Below, in pieces: positions 19,898 to 31,285 of a DNA stretch of 64,000 nt. The notes under the pieces are model-generated. The model did no database searches and was not told the DNA's origin. It saw nothing but the letters and a program-made list of their open reading frames with translations. Position numbers and translations under genes: made by a program. The stretch is from Epithemia pelagica (lineage: Eukaryota > Protista > Bacillariophyta). The DNA lies in the NCBI GenBank assembly GCA_946965045.2, contig OX337234.1:2480001-2544000 (forward strand), written 5' to 3'. Numbering within the stretch: position 1 is the first letter of the stretch; each line of letters starts with the position of its first letter.

Positions 19898-21619
19898 TTA
19901 AGCAAACTCATTTACGCTGTCATCGGAAGGATGAACGCGGAAGAGAGCTGCTGTGAGATAGTTTCCCGCTGGAGATGATATCGGAGACTGGGTATGACAG
20001 GGTGCCGCGCCGGAGACTCGCAACAAGGTTATTTCACGTCCTGCCGCTTGTGCAGCACCTTGTACGACATTCAAGAAGTATTGACCGCCGTCCTTTTGCG
20101 TCATTGCCGCCGAACAGGTACAGGTCATTAACAAGCCTCCATTGATTGGATCAATAACCTTGATTGCATCCCGATTTAACGCATGATACTTTCGGCTTGC
20201 CTTGTCCAGAGAACTCATACTTGGAGCAAGCTTTGGTGGATCTAAAACCACAACATCGAAAAACGATTCTTGAGTTTCGTGAATTTGTTGCAGATAGTTG
20301 GTAATATCCGCCCGTATAAACTCGACTTTGTCGTCCGAGATGCCATTCAGTTCCGCATTGTTCCTGCAGGTTTCAATAGCGTCCGCCGAGGAATCCACTC
20401 CTGTTGCATGATAGCAACCGCCGTTGAGAATCGCATTCATCGAAAATCCACCGTGATAGCAGCACAAATCCAAGACCCGCTTGTCGCGGCAATACGTGGT
20501 TGCCACGTACAATCTATTTTCGCGTTGATCGCAATACACACTGGTCTTTTGGACATCACGTCGGTATGGCCACGTTGCGTATTTGATTCCATTCTCCGTA
20601 CAAACGACCATAGTGTCCTGTTTTGTTTCATCCTCCTCTTCAACTTCGCTCTGACTTTTATATCCGTCCTGTTCAAGGCGTGATGGCGTTGTCTTCCAAA
20701 TCCACTTCATGTCCGGTTTGTCTTTCGCAAACACGGCCTCCAGACTGGAAAGAATGGTCGATTTGTGAACTTCACACCAGGCAGCACTGCTCATAATGAC
20801 TGCTGTTTCTCCTCCAATTACATCGATCGCTAACCCGGACAGCTGATCCCCTTCACCATTCAAAAGACGGTAAGTGTCTGTATTCAAGAATGGGGTTGCA
20901 ATAGCACCTGTCGGTACACTCTCGTCTCTGGTGATCTGCATGGACTTTCTCGTTTCCCAGGCCTTTTTGAGTTGATACCGTAGAATGAGCGAAAGGGCTT
21001 GGCTTTCCGAGTGTCCACTGTCTTCGTTGATCGCTCCAAGCAAATCCTTGTATTGTTTCTTGGACACGAGAAATCGATGACAAAGCATTCGCACCCTATA
21101 CAAGGAGTTTGGATTGTACACTCCCCAGCCAATCAACGTAGCGGATTTTCCAGCACGATTGCCTTTTTGGTCCTTTCGGCCGTTGGCCTCCTCTTCCACT
21201 TTTACTTGAACCAGTTGTCCAATCGAAAGCTCTGTATCCTTTTGCTCCTCTGTCGTTTGGACCCGTTGAATCGTCTTGGAAAAGATCAGTTGGTTTCCAT
21301 TTCGAAACGATCTGGACTGAGGATTCCGTTTGAGTATGACACTAAGGAGCCATTCATTGTTATCCTTTCCACTCTGTTTTGCCTTGAAGTTTCTTGGTTC
21401 TGATCGGCTAGCATCGGGGGCCACCGAAAAGAGCCGTTGCCCCTGCCGGCACGACGGATTGCCTTGGTGTCTGCCGATTCGTACAAAGTATCGATGTTGC
21501 TGATGAAACGCAGACGTGCAAAATTCCAGGCAGCAAGTCATTGTAAGCATAGCAGCGAGGAAGGCAACCTGTAGGTGTGAAATAAGCAGTGATGATCCAG
21601 TTTGCATCATGGCGACCAT
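19898..21619 (-). CDS. rlmI: RlmI-like SAM-dependent rRNA methyltransferase (PUA + MTase), probably plastid-targeted
   Basis: YRLLNGEGDQLSGLAID, QKTSVYCDQRENR, VLDLCCYHGGFS, DVVVLDPPKLAP and LMTCTCS. The N-terminal hydrophobic stretch ends in TSAF, an ASAF-type motif. The start codon is inferred. Confidence 0.85.
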   Translation of the reverse strand: MVAMMQTGSSLLISHLQVAFLAAMLTMTCCLEFCTSAFHQQHRYFVRIGRHQGNPSCRQGQRLFSVAPDASRSEPRNFKAKQSGKDNNEWLLSVILKRNPQSRSFRNGNQLIFSKTIQRVQTTEEQKDTELSIGQLVQVKVEEEANGRKDQKGNRAGKSATLIGWGVYNPNSLYRVRMLCHRFLVSKKQYKDLLGAINEDSGHSESQALSLILRYQLKKAWETRKSMQITRDESVPTGAIATPFLNTDTYRLLNGEGDQLSGLAIDVIGGETAVIMSSAAWCEVHKSTILSSLEAVFAKDKPDMKWIWKTTPSRLEQDGYKSQSEVEEEDETKQDTMVVCTENGIKYATWPYRRDVQKTSVYCDQRENRLYVATTYCRDKRVLDLCCYHGGFSMNAILNGGCYHATGVDSSADAIETCRNNAELNGISDDKVEFIRADITNYLQQIHETQESFFDVVVLDPPKLAPSMSSLDKASRKYHALNRDAIKVIDPINGGLLMTCTCSAAMTQKDGGQYFLNVVQGAAQAAGREITLLRVSGAAPCHTQSPISSPAGNYLTAALFRVHPSDDSVNEFA

Positions 21620-21883
21620 TCTTTGTGGAGATTGGAAGGTCTCCAGGTTTACGAGGTAGAGGGGAAAGATCCAAAGGAGTGTATCCAAATGCAAAGATCC
21701 AAATCCGCCTCAGTCGCATATATTGTGAATGCCACCAGTTTTTTCACTCAGAGGATGACCCATCCGTTTGCCTCACAATCACAACACGTCAACTCTCTGG
21801 TGTTTGGTGTTGGCTGTGAACCATACAACGGTTGTTTCAAGTTTCTCGTTCAGGACATAAGTTCAAAATCAACTAACCCAACA

Positions 21884-24094
21884 ATGACGGAACCATCCAT
21901 TGGCGTGTCCCTGGAACTGGAACCAGAGGTCATTGAAGAGTTGAGGCGAAAGGAGGAGCGACAACGCCACGACCAAGAATACCGAACCAGCCCCCGTTCA
22001 CACGAAAATTCCGACGGAAACAGCATGGCATCTAACAATGACAGTCAAGGCGACCAGAACCATGGCGCTGAGCAACAAGAAGATTGGAGTGCCGTTCTCA
22101 TGCTGCCTCCCAATTTAAAGGAGACGAACCAAGACGAGGAAAAACAATTGGAATCCGAGTGTGCGTCCGAGGAACGTCACCAAACAGTTGAGGAAGAAGA
22201 CGACGACGATGTCCTGTCACTGACTCCCCCTCCAAACCTTCCCATTCTGTTGATAAATCTGCAGGTCCTTCTTGGGTACACACCATCCACCGCGGAGGAC
22301 GCAAAGGTGCTTCAAGGTCAGGTACGACAAGCCATGTGGGGTGCAAATTATTCCTTGTGCGAAAGCACCGCTTCGGTACCAGACCATGATAGTCCTTCGG
22401 ATGACAACAACAAAATCCAGGTGAGCCAGGAGTTTGAATCACGAGTGGCGGATCTCTTCGAAACGGGGGCAGCAAGGCATGGGGATAGCGGTAGTCGAGA
22501 TTTGCCCGTGAGCAATGGGGAAGGAAACCATTCATGGATGATCTTGGAATACCCAAAGTACTTTTGCCGTCTTCCTCCTCCTGGTCATGATCCAAAAGCG
22601 CCGAACAAGGTTCAGATTGTCAAGACAGAACGCATGTGGAAACGGCTGCTTGTTCGTAAAAACGTGGAGGTGGTGGATCGGCTGCTAGATCACTTGCGAA
22701 ATTGCAGTCGATGCCTGTCATGGAAGCTGGATTTATACAATGAAATCGGGGAATTAGCAGAACGAGAATACGCCAGTATGATGAATCGTCGGCGACGAAA
22801 AGAGCTGCGGGAATGGCGCATGGGACGTCGCAAAGAACAATTGGACCGACTATATGAAGTTCGCGAAACCTTGGAAGATCGAACTAACCTGGCACGCCTT
22901 CAATTTCAGTCTTTGGATGAAGCTCGAAGTATGCTCGTTGCAAAGAAACTTCGAGAGCTCCGAATCCAATCAGGAAAAGACGTGGGACTGGAAGCCCTTG
23001 ACTTTGACTCGACTCTGTCGTTTCAGTTCCCTACAGGTACTTTTTTGATGTCTGGAAAACGAGAAGAAGAGGACCTTGACGACGGAGGGCTCATTTTGCA
23101 TGACGACGAAGACGATTATCAAACACCATTATTTGACGAAGAAGAATACGCTTTGCCTGAGGAGGAAGAAGGACACTGCGATGATGATATTGACAACATG
23201 AAGAAAACCGAAACACCCGTTGCTGAAGATATCGATGTTATGGGACATGAATCAACAAGTCACGACAACGAGGCTACACCGGCAACCCTTGACAAGGAGT
23301 CTCTTGGTACGGTCCGAAGACAAAGAAAGGCCCTTTCGAGACCCTCGAAAGACAACGGAGAAGAAGCTGAGCATAGTAGGAAGCTGGAGATGGCACAAGA
23401 GGATGAGAAACGAATGATAGAAGCATGCACAACCGAAGAGCTTAAAGTGGCAGAAGCCTTGATGTTATCCTTAGAGGAACGCCTTGGACATGTCGATGAG
23501 TTACTAGAAAACATGCAGGAAGAGGAATGGGCAGATGAAGAAGATGGAATCGGTGACATATGCAAAGAAGATGACGACGACGATTGCTTTGTGTCCGGTG
23601 AAACTGCCAGTGGCGTTTCCTTGTTGGACCAGATTCTGGCAATGATCTTGAGTGCCGTTCCATTACCGTCGGGATCACAAGAAAACCATGGCGACCAGAA
23701 GCAGAAGCACTTGCAATATCTCCTTCGCGAACATATGGCGATTGTCAAGGGATGGAATGATTACTTTGGCCGTTTACCACCACCGATTGAGATCAAAAGT
23801 GGTACCGGCCTCCCGCAACAAGGGCTCAAGTCGGATTATTCCTCATCCCAGACCCACTCAGAGAATATCTCATCGCGCGTGCTCACACAACAACAAAACG
23901 CCAAACCGAAGAAAAGCGTATCAGAAATGAGACTCGAGTACGGGATCGACAACATGGAGACCAGCAATTGGGAAGACGATGAGGATGACGACGAGGAACA
24001 TCCGAAAGGATTGACATCTCTGTCTCTTCTTACAAAAACCAAGATGGTCTCTCTTTCACGGACTGGTGGACTTCGTCCTGGTGGCCGTGTTTGA
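21884..24094 (+). CDS. hypothetical acidic coiled-coil protein
   Basis: Long uninterrupted ORF divergent from the RlmI-like gene. The start is inferred at MTEPSIG. Confidence 0.7.
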   Translation: MTEPSIGVSLELEPEVIEELRRKEERQRHDQEYRTSPRSHENSDGNSMASNNDSQGDQNHGAEQQEDWSAVLMLPPNLKETNQDEEKQLESECASEERHQTVEEEDDDDVLSLTPPPNLPILLINLQVLLGYTPSTAEDAKVLQGQVRQAMWGANYSLCESTASVPDHDSPSDDNNKIQVSQEFESRVADLFETGAARHGDSGSRDLPVSNGEGNHSWMILEYPKYFCRLPPPGHDPKAPNKVQIVKTERMWKRLLVRKNVEVVDRLLDHLRNCSRCLSWKLDLYNEIGELAEREYASMMNRRRRKELREWRMGRRKEQLDRLYEVRETLEDRTNLARLQFQSLDEARSMLVAKKLRELRIQSGKDVGLEALDFDSTLSFQFPTGTFLMSGKREEEDLDDGGLILHDDEDDYQTPLFDEEEYALPEEEEGHCDDDIDNMKKTETPVAEDIDVMGHESTSHDNEATPATLDKESLGTVRRQRKALSRPSKDNGEEAEHSRKLEMAQEDEKRMIEACTTEELKVAEALMLSLEERLGHVDELLENMQEEEWADEEDGIGDICKEDDDDDCFVSGETASGVSLLDQILAMILSAVPLPSGSQENHGDQKQKHLQYLLREHMAIVKGWNDYFGRLPPPIEIKSGTGLPQQGLKSDYSSSQTHSENISSRVLTQQQNAKPKKSVSEMRLEYGIDNMETSNWEDDEDDDEEHPKGLTSLSLLTKTKMVSLSRTGGLRPGGRV

Positions 24095-24268
24095 GTGATC
24101 TAAACTCTTGAATCTAAAATATACTCTAGTTGTTAGCTCAAGTGGAAACTCTAGGAATCCACCAAAATATTGCAAATTCAGAAGACGGATGCTGTTCTAA
24201 TCTACAACCATATCATTATAACGGTACATTGTATTTTTGCCCCTATTCTTCATAGTCACACTCGCGAA

Positions 24269-25105
24269 TCAAGGTGAAAGACGGGGTGACCCCATTCGGA
24301 GGTAACCGGGCGACGATTTTGGTGTCGGTGAGCTCTCGTCTGTTTCTTCAGGACTGAAGTCGTTCCCACTGAGGCCCAACTTTTGAACCACTTTTTGGCG
24401 TGTCCTGTTAATCGACTTGAATTGAGTTTCAAGTGCTTTGATCTTGACATCCTTCGCTTCCGACTCGCATTCCAGATCTTCGACATTTTCGGAAAGTTGG
24501 TTTTGTTCATGAACAAGTTCGGAATTCGCCGCGCTGAGTTCTTCAACCTTGCGAGTCAGGGTTGCAATTGTCATGAGACATGCCTCTTCTGCATTCATTT
24601 CCTTGGCCTTTTCTGGAGACAAGACTTGTTGGTCTTCTTTTGTCGCGGTTGCCAATGTCTTTATCAAAGTATCGATTCGTTCTCCGTCCTTCTTTTGCGA
24701 TACTTCAATCTCTTGCTTTAAGGAGGAAACTTCTTGTCGACTTTCCTCAAGCTGGAGTTTTAGAACTTCCACCTCATGAAGTAAATCAACTACAGTTGTT
24801 TTCAAGTATTCTTCTCCCTCTTCCGGGGACCTGGAGTTGAGAATTGTCTGTACACTTGACATGTACGAGGATTTCTTGGACATGGTTGGCGATTGTGCTG
24901 GTGACGGCAACACCTTGACTCCGCAGGAAAAGAGTCGATCAATCATTACTGAGGCCTCTCGAAGCTTTGATGAGCAGGATCTTCGTTCCATTGTCGCAAT
25001 AGTTGATCCCTGGCTTGTGAGCAATGGACAATGGACACCAGAATTATGGCTCGGCTTTACTGGTGGTGCGTGGGAAGTGCGGATGCCAGTATTTTGTGAG
25101 GGCAT
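24269..25105 (-). CDS. hypothetical coiled-coil protein (start uncertain)
   Basis: 278-aa ORF with heptad-like E/K/L/Q stretches. Confidence 0.6.
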   Translation of the reverse strand: MPSQNTGIRTSHAPPVKPSHNSGVHCPLLTSQGSTIATMERRSCSSKLREASVMIDRLFSCGVKVLPSPAQSPTMSKKSSYMSSVQTILNSRSPEEGEEYLKTTVVDLLHEVEVLKLQLEESRQEVSSLKQEIEVSQKKDGERIDTLIKTLATATKEDQQVLSPEKAKEMNAEEACLMTIATLTRKVEELSAANSELVHEQNQLSENVEDLECESEAKDVKIKALETQFKSINRTRQKVVQKLGLSGNDFSPEETDESSPTPKSSPGYLRMGSPRLSP

Positions 25106-25474
25106 TCGCAGCGCGCCGGCACCGCGCGTGACAGAGCGTATTCAAAAATTCTATCTAATAAAATGTTAACGACATCTACGTCCCATCCTAACGGATACAA
25201 GCTGGTTTCGCGCGCCCCATACCTAGTCTATTAAAGTACAAAAATTGTGTACAAATCTTGCCAATACTCCCTTTTTTGGCAGTACAAATTATCTCATAGT
25301 ACTCTAGCGGTGCGGACGCGGTGGAGTTTTCCGGTTCCTCACATAATTTCGTGATGGTATTCGAAAACGAAAACAACTGCCACCGCTTCAGGTCACCATA
25401 GCCGTCACATGCCGCTGGTACGTGATGTAATGCGACAGATCGATAGCATAGGTATGTCATAAACAGATTATCAA

Positions 25475-25961
25475 AAAACATCACGTACGCGGCGCCTGTA
25501 TCTCGAGAAATCGCAGCGCTTCACGACAACAACTCCAAAGTCGAGAAACTTTCGCCTCGTCCGCTGCCTCGTTTGTCTCCCCGGCTGTGTGAGGATCACA
25601 ACCACCATCGTCGCAAAACAACAACAACAACAACAATACGAACAAGAACAAGAGTACCAGCAACCTCTCGGCCACCACCAGTGCCACGAATCACAACAAC
25701 AACAACAACAACTCCAAAGGCGAGAAACTTTCGCCTCGTTCGCTGCCTCGTTCGTCTCCCCGGCTGTGTCACCATCGTCGGAAAACAACAACAAGAACAA
25801 CAACAAGAACAAGAACAACAAGAGCACTAACAGCCCCTCGGCTACCACCAGTGCCACGAATCACAACAACAACAACAACAACAAGAACAACTCCAAAGGC
25901 GAGAAACTTTCGCCTCGGCCGCTGCCTCGTTTGTCTCCCCAGCTGGGTCACCATCGCCGCA

Positions 25962-25994
<33 letters not shown>

Positions 25995-26500
25995 GAGTAC
26001 TAACAACCCCTCGGCTACTACCAGTGCCACGAATCACAACAACAACAACAAGAACAACTCCAAAGGCGAGAAACTTTTGCCTCGGCCGCTGCCTCGTTCG
26101 TCTCCCCGGCTGTGTCACCATCGACGGAAAACAACAACAACAACAACAACAACAACAAGAGTATTGTACTACCAACCCCTCGGCTACCACCAGTGCCACA
26201 AATCACAACAACAACAACAAGAACAACTCCAAAGGCGAGAAACTTTCGCCTCGTCTTCTGCCTTGTCTGTCTCCCCGCAACCTTGTCTGTCTCCCCGAGA
26301 CTCCGAATAGCAGCCAGCAATCAACTATAAAAAACATCACCTACGCAGTTCCTTTATCTCTAGAAATAGCAGTGCTTCACGTCGTGCACTGTTCTGTGGT
26401 CGCCTCGTCCGCTGCCTCGTTTGTCTCCCCGGCTGTGTGAGAGACTGTCGTCTCGTCCACTGCCTTGTCTGTCTCCCCGGCTGTGTGAGCGAGACTCCGT
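25475..26500. repeat. tandem array of ~170-180-bp units with embedded (CAA)n tracts
   Basis: The core cgagaaactttcgcctcgtccgctgcctcgtttgtctcccc recurs near 25542, 25721, 25900, 26067 and 26236, and partially near 26400. The array leader at 25475 is duplicated at ~26330. Confidence 0.9.
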
Positions 26501-26505
26501 CAACT

Positions 26506-26966
26506 ATGAGTCTCTCGCGCAAAATTCGTGAGGCATTTGAAGATCAATGCTGTCCAGAGATCTTCCCATGGACAAATCGGTGGATTGTTGATGAACAGCT
26601 TGTTCCCTTCTTGAAACAATGGGTTCCCGATTTGTCAAACGCCCAACAGATGAACCGAGCTCTGACGCGCAGTCCTGAATGGACCCTCCATTTCTCATCA
26701 ATGAATCGGAATAGTAGAGGCGTCTATCGATACACGCTGCATCGAAACCTAAATGAGAAAGAGCAAAGAAACCAAACAAAACATTTCTACTATGTTTTGT
26801 CGTGCGGGAATGAGCCACCTCCAAAATTTGATTATTCACCTGATGAGTGGCTGTCCTTCGCAAAAACGTTGACAGTCCGCATTACACAAAGGAAGAAACG
26901 CAAGAATCCTGCAACTCCAATAAGAGACGAAGAAACAGCCATGATTGCTGTATCACCACCACCACC

Positions 26967-27021
<55 letters not shown>

Positions 27022-29676
27022 CTGCCAGTCCAGGCACACCAAAATGTGGTAGCACCAGCAAGAAGTCCAAGATCCACCACCGATTTCTTCGACCAGACCT
27101 ATGTCAAGAAAATTTTTGCTGGTCCACCAGGGAGAAATGATGAAATGACAAGACAGAAGCTTGAACGGTGGGTCAAGCGTCTTATGGATGCTGAATACAA
27201 CTACAGCAATCTCTTGTCTTTGGTGAACAAGGCAGATGAATATGAACCTGCGAAAAGCTTCGTGCCAAAGATAATGGCAAGAGCAACGCTACTCCGGATC
27301 ACGTATCAGATGGCTCTGGCAACAATGGAGAAAGGCAACTACTGGAGTAATTGTTGCCAAGCTGCAATGAGTGAATTTCATCGTATGCATGGACCGGAGA
27401 CAAAAATAGTTGCTACTCACTGGCGAACAATCCAAGTCTGGAACATCCAGTTCCGAAACAATGAACGCTTCCCTCACCCCAATCCATACGTTCAGAGAGG
27501 AAGAATGCCATGCCCCTTACTATTTGAAGCATTCCCAGAAGCACAGCGCATCTTTCAATGTTGGGCAAGCAAGAACCTTGAACGGATGTCCTGTGAAATG
27601 GCGGCCACCTTCATTCGAGATGAGCTTGTTCCTAAGATCTATAACATGGAGCTAGCCGACCACGCAACTGAGGATTCAGAGGACCTGCCAACTCTGACGG
27701 AATTCAAGAGCCAACTGAAGCTGAGAACAGTGGCAGTTTCAACAGCAGCAAGATTTCTTGCATATGCAGGCCTCAAGTTTTCAGACACAAAGAAGTCGTA
27801 CTACACCGATCGGCACGAGGACCCAGACAACGTGGCACACAGAAAGCAGTTCATCGAAGACTACTTCAAGATTGAAAAGCTTGCACACCGATGGATTCAA
27901 ATCCCCATCGAGGAAGCAGTCAAACTAGAGAATGGTGACGGATGTGATTCTTCCAGCGAGAAACTGATGAAAAATGTTTGGGCCTTTGAGTTTGTGGACC
28001 CAGTGACCAACAAGCCAATGCGAGAATACCACATTGACTGTTTCCCAGAAGGCTTCGCAAAGTATGTGAAAGAGGAAAACAAGCCTTTCGGAGCAAATCT
28101 GTCACATCGTTTCCCTCCCAACCGTCGCCCTGTCATAATTGTCGGCCAAGATGAGGCAGTCTTCAAACAATGGTCATTCTCCAAGAAGTCTTGGCATGAC
28201 CACAAAGGATCTGGAACCCTTCTGCCAAAAGACGAGGGTCATAGTTTGATGCTAAGTGCATTTGTTAGTCGGGCATGGAGTTTCTGTGTGGAGAAGGAGA
28301 CCAATCTACTCAGCCGCGATATGATACAAAGGATCAATTGTCTACGGAGGGACAGTGTGCTTGGGCGTGACAAGTATTTGTCTACGGAGTCGGCAATCAA
28401 AGTGATCGGTGGTGACGACAAGCGAATTCGACAAATCACTGATGCAAGCCCATTCTGTACGTACTTTGATGTAGGTTCCAACGGTGATGGTTACTGGACC
28501 TACGATCACATGGCAGTCCAATTTGAAGACCTGGTTGATTGTTTGGTGAACATCTTCCCCGACTTTGACTTCGCGTTCTTGTTTGATCATAGCAGTGGAC
28601 ATGCAAGGAAACAGAAAGATGGTCTGAACGAGAAAAACATGAATTTTGAATGGGGTGGCGTTGCTCCGCATATGCATGAGACTGTTGTTCCGCATGTTGG
28701 GCCCTTTGCACACGCTGATCGTCTCGAGCCAGGTGCGAAGCAACGTATGGTCTACACAGACGAGGACAGTGGACCATACGCATACAAGAATACTCCTCTC
28801 ACCGATGCGCAGCGAGAGAGTATGAAGTTTGATTGTGCAACAGGAGAGAAGAAAATTCGCAAGCTTTCCAAGAAAGAACTAGTTGCTCAAATGCTTCGTC
28901 ACGACCTTGAGCAAGGGACTGGTGGCGATCATCTGAATACATACCAGTCCAAGTCCACTGCGCAACTCCAAGTTATGTCGCAAGCAAAGCAATTGCCAAC
29001 GCAAGTCCAACAAGATATAGTGGCGCAAGGGTGGCTTGGGCAACCCAAGGGTCTCTTCCAAGTTCTTTGGGAGCGTGGGTTTATTGACCCAGCAAACCTA
29101 GACAAGTACGTTAGAGACAAGCGCAAGGCATGGATGGATGCGACAGGGGAACTCAAAGATGATTGCATGGAGGAGTATCAAAAGTATTCGCTTCTGTACC
29201 TGATGGGATGTTGCGATGACTTCAAGCACGAGCTGTCAGCGCTTGAACAACTTGCAAAAGATCTTTCGGCACGGTTTGATCGCAGGATTGATGTCCACAC
29301 AACAACAAAGTACCATTGTGAACTTGCGGGTGAAGGCATTGAGTATGGGTGGGGACTTGCAAAGCGAGTCTTTCGGAGCATGACCAAGGCTGAAAAATCG
29401 AACAAGGACAAGTTTGTGCAATGTGTACGAAAGAGTGTTGCCAAAGTTTCGTTGAAAACAATGCGAAAGTTTTCAGCAAAAGCACGGCGCTACATGTTGG
29501 TGTACTTCTTGTTTGATCGACATGGAGCTGACGCAGATTTTGAAAGCAATGGTCTTTCCTACGAGGAGATCGAGAAGTACGTTAATCAGACGATGAAGAC
29601 GCATCGTTGCACCCTTGATCAAGAGCATACCTACATCCAGCAGGCTTGGAAAGAGGCGCAACAAGCTGAACCCTGA
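26506..29676 (+). CDS. DDE transposase (IS630/Tc1-mariner-like, long D-E spacer)
   Basis: 1056 aa. VIIVGQDEAVFKQ (D at 28150), FLFDHSSGH (D at 28585) and TTKYHCELAGEGIEYGWGLAKR (E at 29341), plus GYWT and QPKGLFQVLWERG. Confidence 0.85.
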
Positions 29677-29958
29677 AACAATTTGCATGTCTCAAAGATA
29701 CATATTACATACTAGTAGTGCTCATTTAGTGTTGAATCAACTAGGTAGGTTACTAAGTTCACATGCGTACTACTGTTATGATCCTGGTCGGGATTCACAT
29801 CAAGGAGGACACATTCTTCTTCTCACGTGGATGTGAAGCGCTATTGTGGATCGCCCGTAAGAGCATCACGACAAGGTGCGAGACGAATGGGTGTTTGTAG
29901 TTGTGGTCGGCGGGTACTTATTGGTGGTTTCGTGTGTTCGTCCAATGGCAGTGCTTCA

Positions 29959-31000
29959 TCATTCTCTTCTTCCTCCTCCTCTTCGAGTGGTTGACTGTGA
30001 ACCTGTTGTGGCGGTTCGGGGTGGTCTTTTAGGTCTTCTTGTTGTTGTTGTTGTTGGTTTCGTGGTCATTGTCGTCTCGTCGTTTGAATCTCGTCCATTG
30101 CTGCCATCAATGGCCTCAAAATCAATCGCCGTGTCACCGAGTGGCAAAGAAATGTCAAATCGTCCCGAGTTCCCAAGGGTGTTCTTTGGTGGCTGCAGAT
30201 GTTTGTGGTGGTTTGACTGCTGCTCGTTGCATTGGTGGAACTCACGATATGTTCCGAAAAAGGCTTGGATGCAAATGAGTTTGCACAAGAGGGCATCGCA
30301 CACGTTCCATGGTTTTGTAGAGCGTCGTGGATTCCTTGGCAAACAAAAAACAATCGATGCAAATCGACAAACTCGGCCAAGAATAAGCGAGTCGTCATGA
30401 CTTGTTGTTTGTGATTGTTGCTGTTGGAAGAATGAGCGCTTCGTTGACTCCATGTCGTTGTTGTTGTTGCCGTCACTGTGGAAGTATGTTGATGGAGCCA
30501 AGAGCGCTCGGGCATACCAATGCAAGGCACTGGCCGACGAATGTTGCGTGGCCGTAGGATTGGCCGTGGGGTGGCCCTTGGTCGTAGCGCTGTTTGTCGT
30601 GTTGGCGTTGGTACTTGTAGTCGTATTCACTTGGGAGACGACGGCCAAGGAGAGAGTGGCGTCAATTCTTCTGGTTGGTCGTTGCTGGGTGGATGCTCCT
30701 CGTCGTCGTCGTCTTGCGATTGCGACAGGGTTTGCGACGACGAAGCCAAGGAGGATACTTGCGACTGCGAAAAGGTGGCCGACTGTCCGAGCAATTTGGC
30801 TTGCAAATGATTGACCAAATAACGATACAAGGTGACGGCTTCGGCCAAGAATTGATGCAAGGCTTGTTCCAAGTGTTGAACCGTTTGTTGCTGCTGTTGT
30901 TGTTGCACGGACGACGACTCAAGAGAGAGAGAGAGCGCGCGAGCGAGTGAGAACGACCAAAGAGATACTTGTAGGCGTTTGCACAACCTTTGTGTCAAAT
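29959..31000 (-). pseudogene. decayed EST1/SMG5-7-like gene fragment inside the transposon
   Basis: LHQFLAEAVTLYRYLVNHL, LAVVSQ and ALHWYARALLA occur in shifted frames. They resemble the Est1 TPR/DNA-binding segments of SMG5/6/7. Confidence 0.45.
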
Positions 31001-31194
31001 GCCGAGACGATGATGATGTGATTGCACTTTGTTTCCCTTTTTTAACTGCTACAATAGAGTACATAGTTATTCTAGCTACCACTGTGTTTGTCGAAGGAGA
31101 AATTCCATCCACAACCTGAGTCGCTGCCACATTGTTTCCGATACAATTCACAAGAGTGGGACATGTGGAAGCATAATGGGGAGTGCGCTGCTTC

Positions 31195-31278
31195 CATCCC
31201 TTTTTGTTCTGAAAAAGATTTTGGGTTTGCGATTCTTCATCCCTTTTTGTTCTGAAAAAGATCTTGGATTTGCGATTC
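31195..31278. repeat. 43-bp tandem duplication immediately upstream of the SET ORF
   Basis: catccctttttgttctgaaaaagat(t/c)ttgg(g/a)tttgcgattc occurs twice. Confidence 0.85.
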
Positions 31279-31285
31279 GCTGACC

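Noticed and set aside
25540-26300. CRISPR-like repeat/spacer appearance
   Set aside because: Units are ~175 bp and the intervening sequences are themselves repeated. There are no cas genes and the context is eukaryotic.
25471-26320. Multiple Leu/Val/Cys-rich minus-strand ORFs and the 283-aa Q/N ORF
   Set aside because: They are translations of the (CAA)n tandem array, with no evidence of real coding.
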